Assembly (NCBI GenBank): GCA_029939715.1
Contig: JAOZSJ010000006.1
Location: 1-63,042 of the forward strand
Direction of reading: 5' to 3'
Length of the DNA: 63,042 nucleotides
Source: Desulfobacterales bacterium
GTDB taxonomy: Bacteria > Desulfobacterota > Desulfobacteria > Desulfobacterales > 4572-123
Part shown: positions 47,100-57,403 of the stretch, in pieces
How the letters are laid out: every line of letters begins with the position of its first letter
Position numbering within the stretch: position 1 is the stretch's first letter
Made by a program: the position numbers and the translations under genes
Notes under the pieces: model-generated
Told to the model about the DNA's origin: nothing
Seen by the model: only the letters and a program-made list of their open reading frames with translations
Database searches by the model: none

Positions 47100-48326
47100 C
47101 TATTTGATTTTTCCCGTATACTCAGGGATAAACGGAGCGCCTACGGATTTAAAAGCGCCGTTTTTCACCGCGTACAACTGCAGGGTATCAACACCGGCAT
47201 GGTCGGTTTTTGAATAGGTGACCGGCCCGACAGTTGTTACAGGATAAAAAGCGTTTATGCCGTTCATCTGCTGGAGTTCTTCATAAAGAATTTCTTTTGT
47301 GATTTTATTGCCCTTTGCCTTTGCACGCAGAATCACTTCTGCTGCCACCTGGGCCACCATTACGCCGTTGGCGTAATTGTGAGAATTGGCTGTTTTGTCA
47401 TCCCGGCCATACTTTTTGGCCAGCGCAAGTTGTGCATCCGTTCCCACACCCGGCTCGGATGTAACAATGTAAGAAGTTGTCCAATAGTAATTCTCAGAAG
47501 CAGGGCCGGCCAGTGCCACCAGATCATTGCCTCCGGTGTAGTGACATCCCATAAAAGTTATCTTTCCCTTTTCACCAAAGGTTTTGGCGACAATGCCCAG
47601 GCGGGCGGCATCTTTGATCATGGTGGCCACCGGGGACTGAATCGTCTGGCTGATGACATACTGGACACCCTTACTGCCAAGTCGTTTGAGCATGGCAGTG
47701 TTATCCAGATCTTTGCCATGCTCGACAATTTCGACGATCTCCATGTCAAGTCCTGCCTTGACTGATTTTTCCACGTCTGAAACAGGTCCTCTGCCAAATG
47801 CGGACGGATGGATAAACATCGCCACTTTAGGGGTACCTCCTTTGTGATTTTTTACGATATATTCTGCCAGGCCGATGGCTTGGGCCGAATAGGAGGCAAT
47901 GGGCAGAAAGATGTAGTTTGAATCAATCAGGTTACCGGCATGAAATGAAGCCGGAATTACCGGCATCTGCTCTTCTTCAAAATCTTTTTTCAGTGCCAGG
48001 GTGCTGCCCGTTGAGTAGTTGAGATAAAAAACAATGCCCTGATCTAAGAAATCTTCAAAATTTCGCTTTGTTACGGCCGATTTATACTGATCATCCCTTA
48101 TTGTACAATCAATTTTGTCATTTCCAAGAAGTTTCATGTCATTGACATATTTGAAATAATCTTCGACACCCATGGAATATGGGCTACCGGCATCTGAAGT
48201 TGGCCCGGTAATGGCAAGCGACAACGCCAGTTTGTACACTTCTCCCGCCTGAGCCTGAAAAGCGAACGTGAACACTACGATAAAAGAAAGTAAAATTTTG
48301 ATCATCATCATTTTTTTGTTCTTCAT
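47100..48326 (-). CDS. Liv-type (Peripla_BP_6) ABC substrate-binding protein
   Basis: Signal peptide; AITGPTSDAG; RDDQY; PKVAMFI; context. Confidence 0.85.
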   Translation of the reverse strand: MKNKKMMMIKILLSFIVVFTFAFQAQAGEVYKLALSLAITGPTSDAGSPYSMGVEDYFKYVNDMKLLGNDKIDCTIRDDQYKSAVTKRNFEDFLDQGIVFYLNYSTGSTLALKKDFEEEQMPVIPASFHAGNLIDSNYIFLPIASYSAQAIGLAEYIVKNHKGGTPKVAMFIHPSAFGRGPVSDVEKSVKAGLDMEIVEIVEHGKDLDNTAMLKRLGSKGVQYVISQTIQSPVATMIKDAARLGIVAKTFGEKGKITFMGCHYTGGNDLVALAGPASENYYWTTSYIVTSEPGVGTDAQLALAKKYGRDDKTANSHNYANGVMVAQVAAEVILRAKAKGNKITKEILYEELQQMNGINAFYPVTTVGPVTYSKTDHAGVDTLQLYAVKNGAFKSVGAPFIPEYTGKIK

Positions 48327-48461
48327 GTTTCCCCCTTGATTTGGTTGTTAATTATAGGTTTGGAAGTCAGGCTTCTTTTACTCACACAAAACAAAATAAT
48401 ATGTAAAATGTCTAAGCAATTTATATATTAACGCATTTCAGTTTGGTGTTGGCAAATGGTG

Positions 48462-49556
48462 TCAGTAACGAAACGGCCACAATTTGGTATAGGATCGGGC
48501 AATGCGCCACCAGTTGGCGATTCCCCTTGGCTCAAACATCAGAAACAGCACAATGACCATGCCGAATGTAAATGGTTTTAATGCGGTGGCAAGGTTCATG
48601 TTTGATGAAAGCAGATGCCCCGCCTTTTCAGCAAGGGTTTCCACCTGAAGATCCAGGGTCATTATGGCTGCCGGTCCCCATAATGACCCATTCAGTGTCC
48701 CGAGGCCGCCCACGATAGCCATGGCAAGATACATGATCGACTCATGTAGAGAAAAGGATTCAATGCCGACCCCTCTGTACACATACGCGTGAAGAGCACC
48801 GGCCACGCCCGCAAAAAAGCCGGCCAGGGCAAAGGCGTAAACCTTTGTAAGACCGGGGTGCATGCCCATTGCATCCGCAGCCCTGTCATTGTCGCGCACC
48901 GCACTCAAACATCTGCCGTAGCGTGTGCGCAAGAGGTTTCTCATCATAAATCCGCAAAGGACGATCACCACAAGAATGACATAATACCAGAACAGGTAAT
49001 GCTCTTTTCTGGCCACTTTGCCGGTGATCCAGAACACCCTGCCCACGGAAATCGTCTGCCCCTGGTCAAAAAAATTCATAAAATTAATGGTCCAGGTAAA
49101 AATCATCTGAAAAGAGAGGGTGGCGATGGCAAGGTAAAGATGCTTCAGCCGCATTGCCGGAAGGCCGACAATGGCGCCGAAGATTGCTCCCACAAATCCG
49201 GCTACCAGGATCAGCAGGGGCCAGGCATGGGTCAATATAATATGAGAGTCCCCGATAACCCTGCAAAAAGATGCAATTGTATATGCGCCAATACCCACAA
49301 AGGCTGCGTGGCCGATGGAAATCAACCCTGCAAAGCCGGTCACAAGGTTAAGGCCGAGTACCGCAACCACTGCAATGAGAATATTATCAATGACCAGCAT
49401 GTATTTGTTGCTCAGGGAAAAAAAGAACGGCCATACAAAAAACAATGTAAGAAAAACTGAAAATATGGTCCGGTCCAGGTGCGTGAAATAAATTCTTTGT
49501 TCGTCTTTATATGAGGTAAAGTAATTACCGGTTGCTAACCATCTATTTGTTGCCAT
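48462..49556 (-). CDS. LivM-like ABC permease
   Basis: GFAGLISIGHAAF, YLAIATL, AVRDNDRAA, VGGLGT. Confidence 0.9.
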   Translation of the reverse strand: MATNRWLATGNYFTSYKDEQRIYFTHLDRTIFSVFLTLFFVWPFFFSLSNKYMLVIDNILIAVVAVLGLNLVTGFAGLISIGHAAFVGIGAYTIASFCRVIGDSHIILTHAWPLLILVAGFVGAIFGAIVGLPAMRLKHLYLAIATLSFQMIFTWTINFMNFFDQGQTISVGRVFWITGKVARKEHYLFWYYVILVVIVLCGFMMRNLLRTRYGRCLSAVRDNDRAADAMGMHPGLTKVYAFALAGFFAGVAGALHAYVYRGVGIESFSLHESIMYLAMAIVGGLGTLNGSLWGPAAIMTLDLQVETLAEKAGHLLSSNMNLATALKPFTFGMVIVLFLMFEPRGIANWWRIARSYTKLWPFRY

Positions 49557-49559
49557 AAT

Positions 49560-50453
49560 TTATACCCGTTCAATTTCATGTATACCAAAGAGTCCATGTG
49601 GCTTAAAGAGCAGTATAACCAGTAAAATAATATAAGGCAGCACTTCAGCGGTGCCGTTAAGGCCAAAATTGCCGTCCAGATATCCGCTTGCGAACTGCTG
49701 AATCAGCCCCATGATGATGCCGGCCACCACAGCGCCCAGGATTGAATCCAACCCTCCTAATATGACAACCGGAAAAACAGCAATGCCGAACGCCTGAAGA
49801 GTTTCAAAATTAAGGCCGGTGATATTGCCGATGATACAGCCGGCTGCAGCAGCACTCAATCCGGCAGTGGCCCAGGCAAGGCCGAATACCCTGGGAACGG
49901 AGATGCCCACGGACATTGAGGCAAACTGGTCATCCGATACCGCCCGCATGGATATTCCCACGGTTGATTTTTTGAAAAATAGTGAAAAGCCCCCAATCAT
50001 AACGGCTGTAACCAGAACACCCACAAGCTGGGTCCATGAAATGGACACTCCTCCAAAGGCAATCAGTTCGGCAGGTAAAAATTGTGGGAAAGAAAAATTT
50101 ACAGATCCAAATGGCGTCAGAAAAATCAGACCGTCAAGGATTGACATCAGCCCGATGGTGACCATGATGACCGAGATGATGGGTTCTCCGATCAGGCGGC
50201 GTAAAAAAATCCTCTCCACGCTCATGGCCAGGAAAAAAGTAATCGCAAGACTAAGGAAAAAAGACAGATAGATCGGAATCCCCACCCACCCGGTAAGGGC
50301 ATAGGCAATAAAAGCACCGGAGGCGATGATTTGTCCGTGTGCAATGTTAAGCACCTTGCTGGATTTGTAGATCAGCACAAATCCAAGTGCTGCCAGTGCG
50401 TATATGGAACCTACCACAATACCGCTGACCACAAGTTGGAAAAAATAACTCAT
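49560..50453 (-). CDS. LivH-like ABC permease
   Basis: GSIYALAALGFVLIY, MRAVSDD, VILGGLDSILGA. Confidence 0.9.
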   Translation of the reverse strand: MSYFFQLVVSGIVVGSIYALAALGFVLIYKSSKVLNIAHGQIIASGAFIAYALTGWVGIPIYLSFFLSLAITFFLAMSVERIFLRRLIGEPIISVIMVTIGLMSILDGLIFLTPFGSVNFSFPQFLPAELIAFGGVSISWTQLVGVLVTAVMIGGFSLFFKKSTVGISMRAVSDDQFASMSVGISVPRVFGLAWATAGLSAAAAGCIIGNITGLNFETLQAFGIAVFPVVILGGLDSILGAVVAGIIMGLIQQFASGYLDGNFGLNGTAEVLPYIILLVILLFKPHGLFGIHEIERV

Positions 50454-52384
50454 CAGACCCCTTCCATCGTATAAAAGGAAATTTTAGTTTTAACAGCCGT
50501 TGACTGGCCGTCCTGGTACTGAAACATTGCCTCCACCTCTTTTTCCTTTATGCTTTCATCATATAATGCGTCATAGAGATTCTGGTATTTTTCACGAACA
50601 AACTTTCTGCGGATTTTACCGGTTTTTGTCAGTTCATCGTCATCCATATCCAGAAGTTTGTAAAGCAGGGCAAAACGCTTGATCTTGAAATGCTCCTTTT
50701 CAACCCTTTCGTTTATCTCTTTAACCTGATCGTAAATAAGTTCGGCCACTTCCGGCTTGGCCGACAGGTCCATGTAGGTTGTATAGGAGATTCCTCTGTC
50801 TTCGGCCCATTTACCAACAACAATCGGGTCTATGTTTATAAGGGATGCGACGTAGTCCCTTTTGTTACCGAATATTACAGCTTCCTTTATGTAGGGGCTG
50901 AATTTAAGTTTGTTTTCGAGGAACATGGGGGAGAACATTTCATCCCTGTTGTTATGCATTACGTCCGACAGGCGGTCTATTACAATAAGGTGCCCGTGTT
51001 CGTCGATATAACCCGCATCCCCGGAATGGAGCCAGCCGCCTTCAAGCAGTTCCTTTGTTTTTTCCGGCATTTCAAAATATCCGGGTGTCACACAGGGGGA
51101 TTTTGAAAGAATTTCACCTTCCTTGGAAATTTTGCACCGGGTGTCTGGAAGGGGTTTGCCCACCGTATCCGGCCTCACATCTCCGTCCCGGTGCATGTAG
51201 GCAATTCCCACGATTTCCGTCTGGCCGTAAATCTGTTTCAGGTTGACTCCGATGGCCTGATAAAAGGTAAACAGCTCCGGCCCGAGGGCCGCTCCGCCTG
51301 TATAAGCGCGCCGAAGGCGCAACAGGCCGATCTGGTTGATAAGAGGCCTGAATATTATTTGATATCCGAGCCATGACTTGAATCTCAAGCCGGCCGGCAT
51401 TTTTTTCCCGGTCATGCGATAGGTCGCCGATTTTTCGCCGATTTTGATAAAGTAGTTGTATAGCATCCGGTTAAGCCAGTAAGACTCATCGATTTTAAGC
51501 CATATCTGGGATCTTATGGTCTCATAAATCCTCGGCGCGCCGAACATGAAATGTGGGCCGATCTCTTTTAAATCCTCCATGGCCGTTTCCACCGATTCGG
51601 GAAAGTTGATGGTGATCCCTGTGGCCATGGCAATACCGAATGAGTTCATCTGTTCGCCGATCCAGGCAAAGGGAAGAAACGAAACATATTCGTCCGTGTC
51701 CTCAAGGGTATCAACCTCTGTAATCTGAAGGCCCATGCTGATATAATTTTTATGGGTGAGCATGGTGCCCTTGGGAAGACCGGTTGTTCCAGATGTGAGA
51801 CAGAGGTGGCACGTATCCTCGGGTTTGCCCTGATCTACAAATGATTCAAAAAGATCCGGTTTTTCCAGGTGGATATTTTCCCCGATTTCGTAAAGATCCT
51901 CGATATACATGAACCAGTTATCTGTTTTGTAATCACGCATGCCCCTGGGATCTTCGTAAATCACTTTCTTAACAAACGGAACCTGCTCCCTTATTTCGAC
52001 AATTTTGTCAACCTGCTCCTGATCATTGCAAAAGACCACGGCAACCTTCATGTATGCGAGCAACTGGGCTATTTCATCAGGCATGGTTGTCTGATAGATG
52101 CCTGCTGAAATTGCACCGATGGACTGTGCGCCAAGAGCCATGAAAAGCATTTCAGGAATATTGTCCCCGATCAGGGCGATGATATCATTCTTTTTTACTT
52201 CAATTTTGGAAAGGCCCAATCCGACTTTCCGGACATGGTCGTAATACTGGCTCCAGGTGTAGCTGTTCCAGCATCCAAAATCTTTTTCCCGCAGCGCGAC
52301 CTTATCACCTGTATTTTGTACCCGCCATCGCAGTAACTGCGGTATGCTGAGTCCTGTTAGATGTTTTTTGATGTCGTTATCCAA
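50453..52384 (-). CDS. Long-chain acyl-CoA synthetase embedded in ABC operon
   Basis: LTSGTTGLPKG, YGQTE, LHSGD, LTKTGKIRR; overlaps the livH-like start by 1 nt and abuts the livG-like stop. Confidence 0.9.
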   Translation of the reverse strand: MDNDIKKHLTGLSIPQLLRWRVQNTGDKVALREKDFGCWNSYTWSQYYDHVRKVGLGLSKIEVKKNDIIALIGDNIPEMLFMALGAQSIGAISAGIYQTTMPDEIAQLLAYMKVAVVFCNDQEQVDKIVEIREQVPFVKKVIYEDPRGMRDYKTDNWFMYIEDLYEIGENIHLEKPDLFESFVDQGKPEDTCHLCLTSGTTGLPKGTMLTHKNYISMGLQITEVDTLEDTDEYVSFLPFAWIGEQMNSFGIAMATGITINFPESVETAMEDLKEIGPHFMFGAPRIYETIRSQIWLKIDESYWLNRMLYNYFIKIGEKSATYRMTGKKMPAGLRFKSWLGYQIIFRPLINQIGLLRLRRAYTGGAALGPELFTFYQAIGVNLKQIYGQTEIVGIAYMHRDGDVRPDTVGKPLPDTRCKISKEGEILSKSPCVTPGYFEMPEKTKELLEGGWLHSGDAGYIDEHGHLIVIDRLSDVMHNNRDEMFSPMFLENKLKFSPYIKEAVIFGNKRDYVASLINIDPIVVGKWAEDRGISYTTYMDLSAKPEVAELIYDQVKEINERVEKEHFKIKRFALLYKLLDMDDDELTKTGKIRRKFVREKYQNLYDALYDESIKEKEVEAMFQYQDGQSTAVKTKISFYTMEGV

Positions 52385-53146
52385 TTAATCTTCTCCGATG
52401 TAGGCTTCTATTACTTTTGGATTTGAAGCCACTTCCTCCGGTGTGCCTGAACCGATCACCCGGCCGAAATCCAGAACATAGATTTGATCTGAAATATCCA
52501 TTACAACACCCAGGTCATGTTCCACCAGTATAATCGTGGTTTCGCGATCCTGTTTTATATCCATGGTGAACCGGACGATGTCTTCCTTTTCCTCTATATT
52601 CATTCCGGCCATGGGCTCATCCAGAAGCAGCAGTTCAGGGTCCAGTGTAAGTGCCCGTGCAACCTCAACCCGTTTTTGAATACCGTAGCTGAGATTGCCT
52701 ACAATACTCTTGCGGTATGGTTCCAGTTCCATGAAGTCGATCACATTTTCCACATATGCCCTGTTTTCAGCTTCAAGCCTTGAGGCTTTTCCGAAGTATA
52801 AAGCAGCGTGGAGGAAACTATATTTAAGGTTGGTGTGCCGTGCCAGCAGCAGGTTGTCCAGCACTGAAAGGCCGCCAAACAGTTCCAGGTTCTGGAAAGC
52901 TCTGGCAATGCCCATTTTAGTTACCTGATGCGGTGATGAGTGGGTAAGGTTTTTTTCGCCGTAGAATATTTCTCCTTTCGTGGGATGATAAAAACCGGAT
53001 ATGCAGTTTAATAGGCTGGTTTTTCCTGCTCCATTGGGCCCGATAATCGATGTGATAAGTCCGGGTTCAATGGCCATACTGACCCTTGAAAGAGCGTTCA
53101 GCCCGCCAAATGAAAGCGTAATGTTTTTGACATTGAGAGGTTCCAT
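52385..53146 (-). CDS. LivG-like ABC ATPase
   Basis: GPNGAGKTS, LSYGIQKR, LDEPMAG, VEHD. Confidence 0.92.
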   Translation of the reverse strand: MEPLNVKNITLSFGGLNALSRVSMAIEPGLITSIIGPNGAGKTSLLNCISGFYHPTKGEIFYGEKNLTHSSPHQVTKMGIARAFQNLELFGGLSVLDNLLLARHTNLKYSFLHAALYFGKASRLEAENRAYVENVIDFMELEPYRKSIVGNLSYGIQKRVEVARALTLDPELLLLDEPMAGMNIEEKEDIVRFTMDIKQDRETTIILVEHDLGVVMDISDQIYVLDFGRVIGSGTPEEVASNPKVIEAYIGED

Positions 53147-53430
53147 AAGTTTTATTTTTAAATAGTTGTCAAGTAAATGATATTATTGACTTTTGAATAA
53201 AATTTATACAATTAAAAAAATAGAAAAAATGAATTTCATTCAGATAATAAGCAAATTTGTACTATTTTTTCATTATAGTCAAGGAAATTTTTTATTTTTT
53301 CAGTTGTTCGAAATAAATCGGTTTTAATTTTGTTGTTTTGCAAACTTAGATCGAACAAATCGGCATTCATCATTTAATTATCAGAGATCGAGAAGTTATT
53401 TCATTTTTGAGTTGTCCCCGACTTGATTTA

Positions 53431-53459
53431 ATTAAAAACATTTTTACTCAACTTGTCAA
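53431..53459 (-). promoter_or_regulatory. Possible sigma70 promoter for ABC operon
   Basis: TTGACA-17 nt-TTTAAT on the minus strand; lies ~285 nt upstream of the start, so uncertain. Confidence 0.3.
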
Positions 53460-53496
53460 GTTGTTAAAATAGCGGTAAAATAGTAGGGATAAACCA

Positions 53497-55086
53497 CTAC
53501 TGATCAAAACTCAAGAGCCGCGATCGCAGATTGGTACGGGTGTTTTTAATTTTTAACTTAGTGCGGATATTATGACGATGAAACAGTACCGTATTTTTCG
53601 AGATAAGCAATACTTCCGCAATTTCTTTATTAGTGTGGCCTTCTTTAATAAGATTGGCGACCTTAATTTCAGTCGGAGTGAAATTAAAGTATTTTGTCGA
53701 GAGTTTATTGATAAACGGTGAGACAATATTGTCCAGGTTGGATTCAAGAATGCTGAGCATGGTTAAGTGGCGGGTGCCTAGGCGGGCTTTTTTAATTTTG
53801 TTCAAATATGGGGTGACCAGTTCTTTTACGTTGGATAATACATTTTCCTGCAATTCGGTTTTGTCTATTTCTCTTTGCTTGATCAGGACTTTTAGAGCGG
53901 TATTGACCTCCTCCAGGTGCTGGGCCTGGGCCTGCTGTTCCTTTTCGCGCTGCCGCAGGGCTTTTTCAGCCCGTTTGCGTTCCTCGATTTCAATACCCAG
54001 TTTACTGTTGGCCCGGCCAAGTTCCCCGGTGCGCTCTTCCACCAGTTCTTCCAACTGATTTTGATAATTGTATAGAACCCTTTCCGCGATTTTTCGAGAG
54101 CTGATATCCCGTAATGTGACGATGTTGCCTGATGGCTTCCCGGATTGATCCAGGTAGAGCGTGGAGCTGATTTGTACATCAAGCAGACGGCCGTCTTTGG
54201 TAAATCGCCGAGTCTCGAATAGATTGATTTTTTTACCGTTGAGCATGGCATCAATGGCTGCCTTGGTTTCAGGCCAGGCCTCGGGAGGAACAAAATCGAC
54301 ATGTTTACCGAGAAGCTCATCACGTGTCAATCCAAAAGTTTGTTCAAAGGCGGGATTGACATAAGTGGCTACTCCTTCCATATTGTATACTACAATCGGA
54401 TCGGGAGATGATTCCAGCAGGTTAAGGTAGCGTTGTTCACTTTCGCGGATAAGGGCTTCGGCTTTTCTTCGTTCTTCCAGTTCCCGGCGGGCATTTGCGT
54501 ATAATTCCGCCTTTTCCAGGGCAAGCAGGGCCAGGGTAGCCAAACGGGAAAGAATCATAACGTCATCCTGATCGAATCGTTTTTCCGGCTTGATATGTGC
54601 CAGGCCCATGATTCCCCTGATGCTTTGACCAGCATCCAGAGGGATGCCCATCACGCAGTGCAGGTCGTTTAAATCAGGGTCGGGGATGCGGTTTTCCCAA
54701 GTTTCGTAATCATTGATCAATATCGGCCTGCCCGTTTGCCAGACCGTGCCGCCTATCCCTTCGCCAAATCGTGTCCGGCGGCCCACCTGTTGTTTGAAAA
54801 AGCCCGTGCCCTGACAAATCCGGATGTGGCCGTCGTCTGATTTTTTATCTTTTAAATAAATGAAAACATGATCGGTACGAGCCAGGGCCGAGGCACTTTT
54901 CAAGATGGTTTCCAACAACTGGGTTTTGTCCAGCTTATTGATAAGGCCCAGAGATGTTTCATGCAAAATCGTCAGATATCTGTTCTGCTGCTGGACCGCC
55001 TTTTCCGCCCGGGCCAGTTTTTCGGATCGACGGCTTAATGAATCGACCATGTGTCGCAGTTCATCATATGTCGGTTCAGCACTCAT
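53497..55086 (-). CDS. GAF-PAS-LuxR HTH one-component regulator
   Basis: GAF (GEGIGGTVWQTG...IPL); PAS (NPAFEQTFG...RDIS); coiled coil; FTPTEIKVA...NKEIA...NTVLFHR HTH; no receiver domain. Confidence 0.88.
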   Translation of the reverse strand: MSAEPTYDELRHMVDSLSRRSEKLARAEKAVQQQNRYLTILHETSLGLINKLDKTQLLETILKSASALARTDHVFIYLKDKKSDDGHIRICQGTGFFKQQVGRRTRFGEGIGGTVWQTGRPILINDYETWENRIPDPDLNDLHCVMGIPLDAGQSIRGIMGLAHIKPEKRFDQDDVMILSRLATLALLALEKAELYANARRELEERRKAEALIRESEQRYLNLLESSPDPIVVYNMEGVATYVNPAFEQTFGLTRDELLGKHVDFVPPEAWPETKAAIDAMLNGKKINLFETRRFTKDGRLLDVQISSTLYLDQSGKPSGNIVTLRDISSRKIAERVLYNYQNQLEELVEERTGELGRANSKLGIEIEERKRAEKALRQREKEQQAQAQHLEEVNTALKVLIKQREIDKTELQENVLSNVKELVTPYLNKIKKARLGTRHLTMLSILESNLDNIVSPFINKLSTKYFNFTPTEIKVANLIKEGHTNKEIAEVLLISKNTVLFHRHNIRTKLKIKNTRTNLRSRLLSFDQ

Positions 55087-55372
55087 GCAGGCAGTATAGC
55101 AGATGGCCTTTATGATTAGCAACCTTTTGCATATACGATTTCGCAGGTGATGATTTTTTCATGATGTCGTTTTAAAAAAAGCGTAAATCGGTGAAGGAAG
55201 GCGGTCTGTTTGTGTTTTCAGCCTGATCCTGTCAAAGGCCGGGCAATGCCGGGCACGATGATTGTTGACAAAAAATAAAAATAATAATAGTTAACATATA
55301 TTATGTACGAAATTCATTTAAAATAATTGATCATTATTTATTATTGGCAACCTCAACAAAGGAGAAACAATT

Positions 55373-57034
55373 ATGAATACCATTGTTCAAGGCTTTCCAT
55401 CTACATCTCAGAATGATTACCAGTTAAATGTTACCAACATTATCAAGCAGGCATCCCTGAGTTTCGGAAACCAGGAAATCGTCAGCAGGAAGCTGGACGG
55501 AACCATGTTTCGTTATACTTATGCGGATTCTTATAAGCGCATGGGGAAATTGGCCAACGCCCTTACCAGGGTAGGCGCAAAGGTCGGAGATCGAATCGGC
55601 GTACTGGCTTGGAATACATTTGAAAACTATGAGATTTATTTCGGGGTGCCCGGAACCGGTGCGGTCATGTTGCTGCTGAATCTGAGGCTTTCACCGCCGG
55701 ATCTGAGCTATGTCATCAATCATGCCAGGGCTAAATATATTATCGTGGACGAAACCCTCCTTCCCATTGCCGAGGCTGTTGCGCCGTTATGCGAGAACGT
55801 CAAGGGATATGTTATTATTACCGGAAAGGATATCAAGGATGTCAAGACCAGGCTGGACCCGGTCTACAGCTATGAAGAGATCCTGGCCGGGGCCGATGCC
55901 GAATTCGACTGGCCGAATCTGGATGAAAAATCCGCGTACGCGGCATGCTACACCACAGGCACCACAGGCAAACCCAAGGGTGTGTACTACTCCCACCGCA
56001 ATGTTTATCTGCACAGTATGTCCATTGCCAGCAATGCCGAGATCAGCATGAATGATGTGTTTTTCCAGGTAGTGCCCATGTTTCATGCCCTGGGCTGGGG
56101 TACGCCACAGGCAAGCACACTGGTCGGCTCCAAGATCGTTCTGCCGGGCATATACACCCTGGAGAATCTGGGGCCCCTGGCAGAAATGTTCGTCAAGGAG
56201 AAAGTGACGGTGTCCGACGGTGCCCCGGCTATTTTCATGCCTGTGTTGGAATATATTCGTAACATGGATGAAAAACCCGATCTTAAAGGAGCGCGGCTGC
56301 TTTCCGGCGCCTCGGAGCCGCCCGTGGCCATGATGAAGGGATTCGATGAGTTGACCGGGGCCGAAATCGTGCATGCCTACGGGGCCACCGAAACCACGCC
56401 CCTGGTCACGGTGAACCGGATTAAACCCTGGCTGGAGAGCAAATTGTCCGAAGATGAAAAGTGGGACTTAAAGCGCAAGCAGGGTTATGTAGTTGTGGGG
56501 CTTGATGTAAAGATCGTGGATGCATTCGGCAACGAACAGCCCCGTGACGGAGAATCCGCCGGTGAAATTTTGATCAGAGGGCCCTGGATCACCGCATCAT
56601 ACCATGATGCGCCCGGTTCGGAAAACCAGTTTACAGCCGATGGTTTCTGGAAGAGCGGTGATGCCGGCACCATTGATGCGGAGGGCTACCTTAAAATAAC
56701 CGACCGGGTCAAGGATTTGATCAAGAGCGGTGGTGAATGGATCTCCTCTGTTGATATGGAAAACGAAATTATGGCCCATCCATCGGTGCTTGAAGCGGCT
56801 GTGACCGGAGTTGCTCATCCCAAGTGGGAGGAGCGTCCGGTGGCCCTGGTGGTGTTGAGAGAGGAGTATGCGGGCAAAGTGAGCCGGGACGATATTGTGG
56901 CGCACCTGGCCCAAAAATTTGCCAAATGGCAGCTTCCCGAAGCAGTGCTTTTTGTTGACGAGATTCCCAAAACCAGTGTTGGTAAGTTTAACAAAAAAGT
57001 GATCAGAGAGCAGCAAAAGGATATTTATATGTAA
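55373..57034 (+). CDS. Medium/long-chain fatty acid-CoA ligase (AlkK/DmdB-like)
   Basis: YTTGTTGKPKG, PMFH, YGATET, SGGEWISS, PKTSVGKF. Confidence 0.9.
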   Translation: MNTIVQGFPSTSQNDYQLNVTNIIKQASLSFGNQEIVSRKLDGTMFRYTYADSYKRMGKLANALTRVGAKVGDRIGVLAWNTFENYEIYFGVPGTGAVMLLLNLRLSPPDLSYVINHARAKYIIVDETLLPIAEAVAPLCENVKGYVIITGKDIKDVKTRLDPVYSYEEILAGADAEFDWPNLDEKSAYAACYTTGTTGKPKGVYYSHRNVYLHSMSIASNAEISMNDVFFQVVPMFHALGWGTPQASTLVGSKIVLPGIYTLENLGPLAEMFVKEKVTVSDGAPAIFMPVLEYIRNMDEKPDLKGARLLSGASEPPVAMMKGFDELTGAEIVHAYGATETTPLVTVNRIKPWLESKLSEDEKWDLKRKQGYVVVGLDVKIVDAFGNEQPRDGESAGEILIRGPWITASYHDAPGSENQFTADGFWKSGDAGTIDAEGYLKITDRVKDLIKSGGEWISSVDMENEIMAHPSVLEAAVTGVAHPKWEERPVALVVLREEYAGKVSRDDIVAHLAQKFAKWQLPEAVLFVDEIPKTSVGKFNKKVIREQQKDIYM

Positions 57035-57220
57035 ATGATGAGGACTCGGTGGTGGGATATGGGTGGAGAGTGAAAAAGGGGTTGCGGTTGCCGGGTCACA
57101 GTTTTATTCTTAAGTAACGAAATTCTGAGATTCGTGTTTTTTTATGTCAAAAAAAACATGTCAAAGACAATGATGAATTCGGAGTCGTTTCACTCAGCCG
57201 ATTTTATGAATTGTGGAAGT

Positions 57221-57246
57221 ATCGTAGGGTGGGCTGTGCCCACCAA
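57221..57246 (+). repeat. REP-like palindromic element, copy 3
   Basis: ATCGTAGGGTGGGCTGTGCCCACCAA. Confidence 0.8.
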
Positions 57247-57403
57247 AAGACTTCTCACTTCTCACTATTCAATTTGGTTATAGCTTTGCCAGGTTAGGCT
57301 ATCAGCTGTCAGCTATCTGGCATCCCGTCACTGCTTTTTTGCCGTGAACCGATAACCGGCAACCGGAGACCGGCAACGTATCTTACAACCGTCACCTTTC
57401 CAT

